IMG/VR virus record: IMGVR_UViG_642918906_000001
Span: 128,001 to 192,000 of that record
Length of the DNA stretch: 64,000 bases
Reading direction: 5' to 3' (one strand)
From: a virus
Lineage: Duplodnaviria; Caudoviricetes
This document shows, piece after piece, positions 9,809 through 18,837 of this stretch. The position numbers and the translations under genes were made by a program. Within the stretch, counting starts at the first letter, position 1, and each line of letters opens with the position of its first letter. The notes under the pieces are model-generated. The model was not told the DNA's origin, ran no database searches, and was given only the letters and a program-made list of their open reading frames with translations.

Positions 9809-10141
9809 ATGATGATCAAATTTAATCTTGCTGACAAAACTACCCTAGCTGGCCGTGAGGCTGTTGTTTATGAAGCTTTCGTAAAAGCACTTCGTGACAC
9901 TACGCTGTCTCGGGCCGGATTGGCTACAGCGATCCATCAGTCTCACCCGGCGATCAAAAACGTCTCACTGGTGGCGCTTAAAGGCGATGGTCCTAACAGT
10001 AGTACACTCCGTGCTAAGTTCTACGATGGTAGTACCGCAACTTTCCATTACACTACCTATACCACTGAAGAAATGAACGTACCAGACAAATGGTCCGCGC
10101 GAGTATCGGCTGGTCCAGATGGTGCCGTTACACTGCATTAA
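9809..10141 (+). CDS. Hypothetical protein
   Basis: 110 aa, GAGGA RBS. Confidence 0.7.
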   Translation: MMIKFNLADKTTLAGREAVVYEAFVKALRDTTLSRAGLATAIHQSHPAIKNVSLVALKGDGPNSSTLRAKFYDGSTATFHYTTYTTEEMNVPDKWSARVSAGPDGAVTLH

Positions 10142-10147
10142 TCCTAG

Positions 10148-10174
10148 TGCCCTCCTTCGGGAGGGCATTATGTC
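10148..10174 (+). terminator. Hairpin TGCCCTCC-TTCG-GGAGGGCA plus TTATG
   Basis: 8-bp stem, UUCG loop. Confidence 0.8.
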
Positions 10175-10184
10175 ATTAAAAGCT

Positions 10185-10202
10185 TTTTAAAGAGTATATT
10201 AC
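10185..10202 (+). promoter_or_regulatory. Early promoter TTTTAAAGAGTATATTAC
   Basis: Contains the phiKZ early consensus TATATTAC with upstream TTTAA. An 18-bp exact copy lies at 61868-61885. Confidence 0.8.
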
Positions 10203-10212
10203 AGAGGTGTAT

Positions 10213-10650
10213 ATGGAAGCAACCTTGACGATCACACGTGAAGGATCGATGTATGCTGATTTTCTGATGGACTCAGCTCCAGTTGGATTTGAAGACTGTT
10301 TAGAAAAATCAGAACTACTGCGCCGACTCCATTGGGGTCAGGCTTTTGCTGAACTTGGTGAACCGATCACCGATAATCTAATTGGTGACCCAGTAGCTAC
10401 ACTTCGTAGAATACATTGTCTTGAAGAGCGAAATATATGCGCCCATGTTACAATGCGTGTCATGGATCTATCAGGCGATCACCTACGAGCGTTCTTTAAA
10501 CCATACGGTCCAATGGCTGATAAACTCCGTGGACTCTGGCTAACCAATCCAACTGGGTTGAAAGCTAAGTTCCGTTACATCCAAGCTAATAATGATGAAG
10601 GCGATTTAACCGTCACCAACATCTATGGCATCGACGTCATTCAAAATTAA
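10213..10650 (+). CDS. Degenerate prohead-protease-fold (T4 gp21/phiKZ gp175-like) protein
   Basis: Motif order AELGEP...RIHCLEERNICAHV...KPYGP...KFRY...IYGIDV; catalytic His and Ser appear substituted. Confidence 0.55.
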   Translation: MEATLTITREGSMYADFLMDSAPVGFEDCLEKSELLRRLHWGQAFAELGEPITDNLIGDPVATLRRIHCLEERNICAHVTMRVMDLSGDHLRAFFKPYGPMADKLRGLWLTNPTGLKAKFRYIQANNDEGDLTVTNIYGIDVIQN

Positions 10651-10669
10651 CCAATAGGAAATTACCCCA

Positions 10670-11344
10670 ATGCGTATTGACAATACTAAAGTAGAAAGCT
10701 TCAAAAACTGGTTCTTTGGTCGTCCGAATATTAATTTCGATGACCTTGATGATCAGGCATTCAACGAGTTGTCGATCCATGTTGCAGCTGAGAGCGATCT
10801 GCCGAAAGAAGCAGACCCCGAGGCTAAATACTACGTCGAGGCAACTGGTGATACCTATCGCTTCGTCGATGGGGCTTATCAAGTAATAGATGTTTACAGT
10901 TTCGGTGTAACCCAAGCTTACCGTGACGCACCACGTCGCGTGTACGCCCGTGAGACCATTGTGGACCATTCCCATGGCATTCCATCGATCACCGCTGAAC
11001 AGATCCGTAACGGCGCTCCAGCCGGTTTGGCGACACTCTACAACATCCAAGCGTTGTTGATGGATCTTGAACAGATCCGTCGTATTGATGTTTACGGGTA
11101 TAAAACGACCTTGATGGATGTTTTGAGTCAGGGGGCTTATTCCACCAAAGAACAAAACGTTACACACTGGTTCTCCACTCAACACACTCTGTTGTATCGC
11201 CTGCTGGCGTCCAGCATGCGTGCAAAAGACGCGTTCAACAAATCTGTAATCGATGCTCTGTTCAAACACAACTACGTACTGACTTGGGACGATGCTAAAA
11301 ATCGCCCAGTCTTTAAAGTGGATGACTTCATCGTTTATCTGTGA
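10670..11344 (+). CDS. Hypothetical protein
   Basis: 224 aa, AGGA RBS, in the early cassette. Confidence 0.75.
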   Translation: MRIDNTKVESFKNWFFGRPNINFDDLDDQAFNELSIHVAAESDLPKEADPEAKYYVEATGDTYRFVDGAYQVIDVYSFGVTQAYRDAPRRVYARETIVDHSHGIPSITAEQIRNGAPAGLATLYNIQALLMDLEQIRRIDVYGYKTTLMDVLSQGAYSTKEQNVTHWFSTQHTLLYRLLASSMRAKDAFNKSVIDALFKHNYVLTWDDAKNRPVFKVDDFIVYL

Positions 11345-11351
11345 GGTGGTT

Positions 11352-11630
11352 ATGCGACTTAAAATCTTGGCTGTGTTATCGGTTGTACTATTGGCTGGCT
11401 GCAATAAGGAACCGGATCAAGTCATTGGTACACTGATGGCATCACGTTGTGATGTAGAGTGTGGTGTCGTCATTAACTCGAAAGGCATTGCCAATGATGA
11501 TGTTCTACGTGAGTTCAAAACCTGCGGTGGGGACAATAAAGATCTGATAGGTCGTAAGGTGATTGCCTTCAAGCAGAATCTCGTTCACGGTGAAACCTGT
11601 ATGACAGTATACGAATACCTACAACGCTAA
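11352..11630 (+). CDS. Small lipoprotein
   Basis: GAGGTGG RBS; signal peptide MRLKILAVLSVVLLAG|C with lipobox, plus four further Cys. Confidence 0.75.
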   Translation: MRLKILAVLSVVLLAGCNKEPDQVIGTLMASRCDVECGVVINSKGIANDDVLREFKTCGGDNKDLIGRKVIAFKQNLVHGETCMTVYEYLQR

Positions 11631-11639
11631 AGGTGCGAG

Positions 11640-12089
11640 ATGATTACGCTTGAAACTACAACATCGTTCGTACCTGCCTTCTCTGCGTTACCATTCATCA
11701 AATCTTTAAATCAGTACTATCCCGATATTGAATACTGGTATGTGAATAAAGTCATACCAGGCCTCACGTTAGGTAATGATAAGCTCATTGTCGCACGTGA
11801 TGAACACTTCAATATTGCTGGTATTGCTTTGGGTAAGTTGAGTGACGCTGAAGCGAAGTTGCGTTGTGTTCGTGTACACCCGGATCATCAGAATAGTGGT
11901 CTGGGTATTCGCCTGATCGACAACATGCTTGAGTTGATCGGCGAACGTAAACCTGGGGTGACTGTATCGGAAGAGATGATCAACCTTTACAGTCGTGCCT
12001 TCGTTAAACGCTATGGCTTTGAATTGTCCGACGTAACCAAAGGACGTTATCGCCGTGGCAAACTTGAATATGGATTCAATGGAGCGTAA
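11640..12089 (+). CDS. GNAT-family acetyltransferase
   Basis: Acetyl-CoA motif A LRCVRVHPDHQNSGLG; C-terminal KRYGF motif. Confidence 0.85.
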   Translation: MITLETTTSFVPAFSALPFIKSLNQYYPDIEYWYVNKVIPGLTLGNDKLIVARDEHFNIAGIALGKLSDAEAKLRCVRVHPDHQNSGLGIRLIDNMLELIGERKPGVTVSEEMINLYSRAFVKRYGFELSDVTKGRYRRGKLEYGFNGA

Positions 12090-12467
12090 ATGGAATACCT
12101 GATCGACCTCTCGAAGAAAACGTCAGCATATCGTGAAGCATTGCTACGTTATCTGACTGGTGGCAAATACCAGAAAATCGGTTGCTATATGGAGTACCGC
12201 CACCCAACCAAACTTCGCAGCGAATCCCTAGATGACTTCATCCAGCGATACCATCAAACCGATGATCGAAACTGGTGTGCACGTGCCACTGACATCACAG
12301 TGGTTGGTGATGAGCTGGTGATCACGGTCACTCCTTTTGGGGTATGGAAAGATAGCGTTGATTTTGATGAACGTTGGCCTTCTGCGCGCATCATCCAGTT
12401 CAATGGTGAGGTTAAGGAAATCGTTGGGTTTGACTTGATCCTAAAGGCGAACCATAACGATTTCTAA
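12090..12467 (+). CDS. Minimal prohead-protease-like protein
   Basis: MEYRHP...RYHQTDDRNWCAR...TPFG...PSARI...IVGFDL; paralogous to 10213-10650. Confidence 0.55.
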   Translation: MEYLIDLSKKTSAYREALLRYLTGGKYQKIGCYMEYRHPTKLRSESLDDFIQRYHQTDDRNWCARATDITVVGDELVITVTPFGVWKDSVDFDERWPSARIIQFNGEVKEIVGFDLILKANHNDF

Positions 12468-12470
12468 GTA

Positions 12471-12511
12471 GACGACATAAAGCCAGCTCCTTCGGGAGCT
12501 GGCATATGCTG
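12471..12511. terminator. Bidirectional hairpin GCCAGCTCC-TTCG-GGAGCTGGC
   Basis: 9-bp stem between convergent genes, with CGACATAAA and ATATGCTG flanks. Confidence 0.85.
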
Positions 12512-12521
12512 TTATTTTTTT

Positions 12522-12953
12522 TCAGTTTTCAGTGTATTCTAACGTAATAGAATCTGAAGGGAGGTACGCTAAACAGGCAGGTGTAGTTGCAATAGTGACA
12601 GTAGGACCTGAGATATTACGATCCAAGAATTCATTATCACTTAAAGGTACACCCAACGTATCACGTAATACCTTTAGAACATCGTAGAATCTCTTGTACG
12701 AGCTAGACTTGCCTGGAACCTTAATACCCCTAAGGTCTTCACTCAATCGCCGCCTAACGTAGTACAGTGTTTGAACACCACCGAAGTTATTACTGTCGGC
12801 TCTAGCCACAATATTAATTCGGGAATTACATTGACCCTGTAACCAAATCTCAGGAACGCTAAAATTAACGTCAGCTGGTTGAATTGGAGGCTTAACCTTG
12901 TTAGCCGTATTAAAAGCGGTTAGTAAACTTTGTTTGATGTCAGTGCTTACCAT
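12522..12953 (-). CDS. Virion structural protein, 'Y-x-R-x-D-L' paralogue family
   Basis: GAGGT RBS before ATG at 12953; SLLTAFNTAN and LYYVRRRL motifs shared with 12961-13839, 31131-31682 and 47294-47779. Confidence 0.65.
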   Translation of the reverse strand: MVSTDIKQSLLTAFNTANKVKPPIQPADVNFSVPEIWLQGQCNSRINIVARADSNNFGGVQTLYYVRRRLSEDLRGIKVPGKSSSYKRFYDVLKVLRDTLGVPLSDNEFLDRNISGPTVTIATTPACLAYLPSDSITLEYTEN

Positions 12954-12960
12954 GTTGACC

Positions 12961-13839
12961 TCAGTTATAGTGGAGCAGTAAATAACCACTCATGTTGTTA
13001 GCTAACCCACTGACCCGTAATACACACACCTGTTGAATGTCTTTACGTGGAGAGTACCGTGGCAACACGATGCCATTGTAAAGTACACTCAATCTAGCCT
13101 CACCTGAAATAACCTCACCGGCTATGTTCCAGTCCACCACTTCGGTACTACACACGAATGGATAAGTGGTAACATCATTAAGGATTGCTGCCAGCTTACG
13201 ACCACTCGGCCATACGGAAGCACTGGACAAGTCTTTGATGAATTCACGTTCATGGGTGAAATCAAAACCGCTAGTCGTAAACTGACTAACGATTTTACCA
13301 TCTACACTACCTAGAGGTCTAGGGTTAGCGGTGATGAGTTCTAATTTATCACCTACGTTGGCCAATAGCTGCTTAGTGGTATTGACCAGCTCGAATTGAA
13401 CTGATCCTACAAACCGCAATGACTTAGGTGACGCTGTCAGTGTATAGACACGTTGATATTCATCGTACTGTACATGGACAAAATCGTTCAATGTAAATAC
13501 GATGTCATTTAGTTCGCCAATAGCAGCGAGCACTTTAAACGTATTGGTAGGTAAAGCGAAGTCACTGAGTTGTTTGATAGCTGGACCCACAAAGAAACTC
13601 GCTAGGTCTAAACGATCGTAAACATAGTTCTCACGGGTAACCTCAGGTTGAGTGTTGTTTGGGTCGATGCTACGACGAGCATCAACCTCAATCTGTGTCC
13701 GTGTTCCACCCAAAGAAACCATCGATTTAAGTGTTGCGGTGTAAGGAGTCAAATCGGTGAGATACACTTCATTGATCCGATTGATCACAGCAACCCATGG
13801 GTCAGCTGCTAAATAGTCTTTTGTGCTATACATACTCAA
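12961..13839 (-). CDS. Virion structural protein (gp127-like)
   Basis: 292 aa with YVYDRLDL motif; synteny. Confidence 0.7.
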   Translation of the reverse strand: MSMYSTKDYLAADPWVAVINRINEVYLTDLTPYTATLKSMVSLGGTRTQIEVDARRSIDPNNTQPEVTRENYVYDRLDLASFFVGPAIKQLSDFALPTNTFKVLAAIGELNDIVFTLNDFVHVQYDEYQRVYTLTASPKSLRFVGSVQFELVNTTKQLLANVGDKLELITANPRPLGSVDGKIVSQFTTSGFDFTHEREFIKDLSSASVWPSGRKLAAILNDVTTYPFVCSTEVVDWNIAGEVISGEARLSVLYNGIVLPRYSPRKDIQQVCVLRVSGLANNMSGYLLLHYN

Positions 13840-16007
13840 CTCTCAAATTTGGGCCAGTCTGTTTCAGTTGGAGGTTCATAGATACCCAGTTCGCCATTCG
13901 GGTCAGGATCGTTGTAAACGGTAATGTTGACATTACTAATACCCAAGCCAATTACAGGCATTGGATAATTACCTTCTTTAAAGGACGTCTCAACAATATC
14001 TACCATTGGATCGATACACCATTTACCTTGTTGACGATAATGCCATGAGATCTCTGGACCCACTACAGCATCGCTGATCAGATAGCGTGCTTTCTCAAGG
14101 GCAGCGTACTGCCTTAGAGCGATGTTAACAATAGGTACAATAAGCGTATCACCGGACGAAGCAGAGATATCACCAATACGGGGCATTACCATACCCAGCA
14201 CATGGAACTTGGTGTATTCCACATTGCGTAGGAATTGTGCAATGTAACTAGACATCTTTGACATCAGTCTAAGGAGTTCACGTTGTACTTCCCCAAGAGT
14301 AATGATCTTAACCAAGTTTGCACCGGTAGCGATGTTAATGGTATCTAACATCAACTGTTCCATGTCTGGATTGGACAAATCGGTAATGTCGAAGCCTTGA
14401 GCCTTAAAGTAATCATCCCATGCAATATCGCCGTCTACCAAGGTACACATGCGGTTCATGTAGTGCATGCGAACAATTTGTTCACAATACCCACGACCAA
14501 CCATGTGTTCTTGGAAACTATATAGTTCCCACTGTTTGATATATCGTTGATGTGCACCAACGCAGTCAAGATAGAACTGCTCTGTGGAGATATAGTCACT
14601 CATTGGAGGTGTCAGGTCTTGGATAGCCGTAATGATCCGATCAGGAATAATACGGATAGGTGACATCTCCCGCAGTTCAGCAAACGTAGGAGACCTTGGT
14701 CGCAATACATCGTAGGCTACGAACTTTGGAATAGTCGGACTTAGCCAACCGCGAGTTTTCATCCAGCAATACATCGTGATGATCCAAGCATCCTTAACCG
14801 ACATGGTCATGTTAACACCATTCTTAGGATTAGGTACTTGAATGAAAGCTCTATAGCGCTGACTTGATGCTAGGTCCAGCCACTCGTTCAATAGAACGTC
14901 CTGTAGACTGCGTACGTTAGACACAGAGCGGTCGATAACCTCAGAGTCATACACACGGGTAGGTAACGTGCTATAAGCTCCGTAACCCATGTCACGTTGG
15001 ATGTCACGCTCGGTATCGAATTGGACCAGAGCGTTGTCACGTGCCAATGGTTCTTCCCGTACTAAAATATTCATCGTAGGTACAGCGGCATTATCTTCAT
15101 CAACCACTTTGAAGTTAATGTCATGCTTAACCATTTCAGCAGAAGCTTTGAAGTCACGTAACAGGTTCTTAGAGTTCTGTTCCAGAGTGTATTCGAGAAT
15201 AGGAATACCGCGATGAGTTAGAATGTTTTGAACCAACCGCTTGAAGTTATCCTTACTACCGGCATGTCGCTGCAAGTAATTAATGTTACGGTATAACCAA
15301 AGCATCTGGTAAGTGTCAAGATAGGGGATGAAGTCATCTAGATGTTGATGCGATGCAAGGTATTCACGAATATGGTAACTATGGGCTTGGTTAGTCTTAG
15401 CTTTGTCTAAGCGCATTGCCATGATAGCAGGTACCATTCGCATATAGAGATTACCTAAGAAACCAGCATGGAACAGTGCATCGACTAAGTTGAACTGATC
15501 GTTGTACCAATGCAAATAGAATGCATCTACCCAATCTTGTAGTTCATAAATCAATATACCCTCTTGTTCCTCGATGTACTGTGCGTCGTAATAGAGGATT
15601 TTCCCATTGGGTGCGTCGATAGCCGTTTGGATGTCAACTGGGAAAAGGATACCTGTAATCAAGTCAACTTGTTTAGGGTATTGACGAGATAAACTTTTAT
15701 ATAGCGTACTACCCGGTACATAAGCCCGTGCAGTAGCTCGGTGGATAAGTAGATTGGCCTTAGTAAATTCAATCATTTCCAGCGTGTCAGCTGAACGAAC
15801 GTACATCATCTCATCGGTTGAATGATATTCCCCGGCTAAGTGCATGTAATATTTCCACGTAGTTGGTTCGTCTTGGTCTACAGTAATTGGATAGTTGCGC
15901 TCTAATTGATAGTTGATTTGTTCAGCAGTTTCACTAAACTTAATAATAACTGACCTTACCAATTTGATAGTGTCAGAACGATAAACATCAAAGTATACGT
16001 TACTCAT
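13836..16007 (-). CDS. Virion structural protein, probable baseplate wedge (gp128-like)
   Basis: 723 aa; TWKYYMHLAGEYH and WLYRNINYLQRHAG motifs; divergent from portal. Confidence 0.75.
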   Translation of the reverse strand: MSNVYFDVYRSDTIKLVRSVIIKFSETAEQINYQLERNYPITVDQDEPTTWKYYMHLAGEYHSTDEMMYVRSADTLEMIEFTKANLLIHRATARAYVPGSTLYKSLSRQYPKQVDLITGILFPVDIQTAIDAPNGKILYYDAQYIEEQEGILIYELQDWVDAFYLHWYNDQFNLVDALFHAGFLGNLYMRMVPAIMAMRLDKAKTNQAHSYHIREYLASHQHLDDFIPYLDTYQMLWLYRNINYLQRHAGSKDNFKRLVQNILTHRGIPILEYTLEQNSKNLLRDFKASAEMVKHDINFKVVDEDNAAVPTMNILVREEPLARDNALVQFDTERDIQRDMGYGAYSTLPTRVYDSEVIDRSVSNVRSLQDVLLNEWLDLASSQRYRAFIQVPNPKNGVNMTMSVKDAWIITMYCWMKTRGWLSPTIPKFVAYDVLRPRSPTFAELREMSPIRIIPDRIITAIQDLTPPMSDYISTEQFYLDCVGAHQRYIKQWELYSFQEHMVGRGYCEQIVRMHYMNRMCTLVDGDIAWDDYFKAQGFDITDLSNPDMEQLMLDTINIATGANLVKIITLGEVQRELLRLMSKMSSYIAQFLRNVEYTKFHVLGMVMPRIGDISASSGDTLIVPIVNIALRQYAALEKARYLISDAVVGPEISWHYRQQGKWCIDPMVDIVETSFKEGNYPMPVIGLGISNVNITVYNDPDPNGELGIYEPPTETDWPKFES

Positions 16008-16042
16008 GGTAAGATACTCACTTAGTAATTTGGGAGTTTTAA

Positions 16043-18796
16043 ATGACTCAAAGTAAGAAAGTGGATACTTATCCTAAATTGGCAGCCCTTCGTTTAGGTC
16101 ATGCAGCTACACCTACTAACGCCGTTTTAAACATTCTGCGTAAAGGTGTCAATGACCCAACTGGTTCGGCATCACAACCCAAAGTGGATGTGAACCGCTA
16201 CACTATGGATAAGGTGTCCCGACAGACATCGCAAGATCAGACTGACTCTGATGCAGTTATGCAACTGCTACCAGAACTTCAGTTGGTAAAAACCGTAACC
16301 ATTGGTACGACACTCGATCCAAAGTCGATGTCTGAATCTAACCTTACGTTCACCGTTGACCCTACTGTGTTCGACAGTGAGATTGGTAAGTTGTTGCTTG
16401 AGCCAATTGAAACTTTCTTCAAGAAAGACTATAAGATTGACGACCGCCTCGACCTCATCCTGACGGATTGCTTGTTCACCAAGGGTTCATCGGTGCTATG
16501 CGTATTACCTGAGAACACATTGGACTCTCTGGTAAACGGTCGACAACAAATGTCGATGGAATCTTTTGAACAGATTCGTAATCACGTTAGTGCCTCTAAT
16601 AATAAGCCACTAGGTATTTTAGGATCACCCAAGCCACGTGGTACAGGGCCAAAGATCTCCCTTGAATATCATGATGGGGTTTCAGCAGAATCGGGTGTAA
16701 AAGGTTATGCTGAATTCTTGAAGAAAAACGTTACACTTGAACACATCACTGTAACTGATAACTTCGATGGCCTAAAGATTCCTCAGATGTCTCAACGTAT
16801 CCGTGAGCTTACGATCGCACAGAAACTGCGCGGGCGTAATATCTCTATGGAAGCTGAAGTTCACCACTTCAAGAACAAAGAGATTGAAGAACTCTATCAG
16901 GCTACTCATGCAACTTCTGAACAGACTCAAGTTATTTCCTCACCGAAGTATATGTCACGTCCGTCAGTCGGTCATCCCCTGATTCTTCCACTTCCACCAG
17001 AGTCAGTCATTCCAGTATTCGTATCTGGTCGACCTTACGAACACATTGGTTATTTCCTGCTGGTAGACCATAACGGTTATCCAGTCTCGAAAGACACCAC
17101 TCGTGACTTCTATGGTGAGATGCAGTCGGGTTGGAAGTCCAGTACCCAAGGTGGGTCTAACGCTCAAGGTTCTAGTGAAATCCTTCGACTGACCCGTGAG
17201 GCAATGGGTGACAACGGCAATAAGTCTGAGTACGAAGTAGACCATATCCAACAGGCTTTCAACGCCATCCTGACTAGCGACCTGAACAACCGTCTCCGTA
17301 ACGGGATGTACGATCAGGAAATTGAAGTTGGCATGTCGCAAGAGATCCAGCGGATTATGCTTTACCGTAGCTGGAAAGCTAAGTCGACTCAGTTGGTTTT
17401 CGTACCAGTTGAACTCATGACCTACATCGCATTCGACTACAACAACAATGGTATCGGTGAAACTCTGATTGCTCGTACTAAGATGTTGTCGACAATGCGT
17501 ACCACACTGCTGTTCGCTGAAACCATTGGTGGTATGCGTAACGCAATGGGTCGTAAGAAAGTCCGTATCGAAATCGACCCAGATGATCCAGATCCAGAAC
17601 AAACGATCTCCAACATCCAATCGGTTATCATGGAACAGTCTCACCGGAGTTTCCCTCTGGCTGCACCTGATCCAGGACAAACCTTGGATGCACTGATGCG
17701 TTCTGGTTATGACTTTGAGATTAACTCTAACGACTCGGCCTATGCTTCGACTAAGGTTGAGTTTGACGATTACAATACCAATGTCAATGCTGGTAACCCA
17801 GATCTGCAAGACCGTCTTCGCCGTTATCACATCAGCTCCTTTGGTATTCCACCAGAGAAAGTTGACCCAATGGCTAGTCCAGACTTTGCAACCTCGATCG
17901 TGAACAACGACTTGGTTACGGCACGTGTGGTTAAAGAACGTCAGAAAGCATTGTGTGAACACCTGTCTAAGTTCATCCGTGTATTCTCCGTACATAGTTC
18001 CATTATCCGTGATGCGCTGAAAACTAAGATCCACGACAACGTTTCCATGATCGTATCCCCTGAGTTGAAGAAACTCACGGTAGATGAACTTATCGATGAA
18101 TTCATCTTGGCAATCAGCGTAGGTCTCCCTGCACCAGACAACACTCAACATGAGCGTCAACTGGAAGCATTGGAAGTTTACGAACGCTTGCTGGATAAGG
18201 CACTGGAATCTCATATCACTCCAGATATGTTCCCAGATGACCTCACTGAGATCGCAGGCCTGGCCGATGATATCTTGCTTAACACCAAAGCAATGTTCAT
18301 GCGTCAATACATGGCTACTAACAACATCATGCCAGAGTTGAATATTCTGACCGAGATGGATGGTAATAGACCAGCGTTCAGTCTGTTGGACTTCATCAAT
18401 ACCCAACGTGCAACAACCGTTCAGGCATTCCTTGAATACGCGGCAGGTAAGAAGAAGTTCAAAGATCGTCTGCACTCACTCTACAAAGAAATTATTGAGT
18501 CTATCAATAATGACGCCGATGGCGGCGGCTTTGGTGATAGTGGTGGCGGTGGTTTCGGCGACGAGCCAACTGACGATGAAGGTGGTGGGTTTGATGATGA
18601 TTCGTCGTTTGACGATACATCTAACAATGAACTCGATGACGATTCACAAAATGAATTGGATTCAGATTTCAGTATGGACAATACCCAAGAGTCCGATGAT
18701 CTTGCTGAAGATGATGACGCCTCTGATCTTAATGATCCGATGCAATCAGCTGAAGAAGATGAGAACGAGGAAGACGAAGGTAGTCGCCCTCAGTAG
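16043..18796 (+). CDS. Portal protein (phiKZ gp129-like)
   Basis: 917 aa; GHPLILPLPPESVIPV and TYIAFDYNNNGIG motifs, SME/SLE cleavage-like sites, very acidic C-terminal tail; synteny. Confidence 0.75.
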   Translation: MTQSKKVDTYPKLAALRLGHAATPTNAVLNILRKGVNDPTGSASQPKVDVNRYTMDKVSRQTSQDQTDSDAVMQLLPELQLVKTVTIGTTLDPKSMSESNLTFTVDPTVFDSEIGKLLLEPIETFFKKDYKIDDRLDLILTDCLFTKGSSVLCVLPENTLDSLVNGRQQMSMESFEQIRNHVSASNNKPLGILGSPKPRGTGPKISLEYHDGVSAESGVKGYAEFLKKNVTLEHITVTDNFDGLKIPQMSQRIRELTIAQKLRGRNISMEAEVHHFKNKEIEELYQATHATSEQTQVISSPKYMSRPSVGHPLILPLPPESVIPVFVSGRPYEHIGYFLLVDHNGYPVSKDTTRDFYGEMQSGWKSSTQGGSNAQGSSEILRLTREAMGDNGNKSEYEVDHIQQAFNAILTSDLNNRLRNGMYDQEIEVGMSQEIQRIMLYRSWKAKSTQLVFVPVELMTYIAFDYNNNGIGETLIARTKMLSTMRTTLLFAETIGGMRNAMGRKKVRIEIDPDDPDPEQTISNIQSVIMEQSHRSFPLAAPDPGQTLDALMRSGYDFEINSNDSAYASTKVEFDDYNTNVNAGNPDLQDRLRRYHISSFGIPPEKVDPMASPDFATSIVNNDLVTARVVKERQKALCEHLSKFIRVFSVHSSIIRDALKTKIHDNVSMIVSPELKKLTVDELIDEFILAISVGLPAPDNTQHERQLEALEVYERLLDKALESHITPDMFPDDLTEIAGLADDILLNTKAMFMRQYMATNNIMPELNILTEMDGNRPAFSLLDFINTQRATTVQAFLEYAAGKKKFKDRLHSLYKEIIESINNDADGGGFGDSGGGGFGDEPTDDEGGGFDDDSSFDDTSNNELDDDSQNELDSDFSMDNTQESDDLAEDDDASDLNDPMQSAEEDENEEDEGSRPQ

Positions 18797-18797
18797 A

Positions 18798-18837
18798 CAA
18801 CATAAGACCCCGACCGTAAGGCCGGGGCTTTATGCCG
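18798..18837. terminator. Bidirectional hairpin with CATAAG/CTTTATGCCG flanks
   Basis: CCCCGACC-GTAA-GGCCGGGG between convergent genes. Confidence 0.75.

Noticed and set aside
18500-18796. GAT/GAC/GGT-rich low-complexity tract
   Set aside because: Explained by the acidic C-terminal tail of the portal protein.
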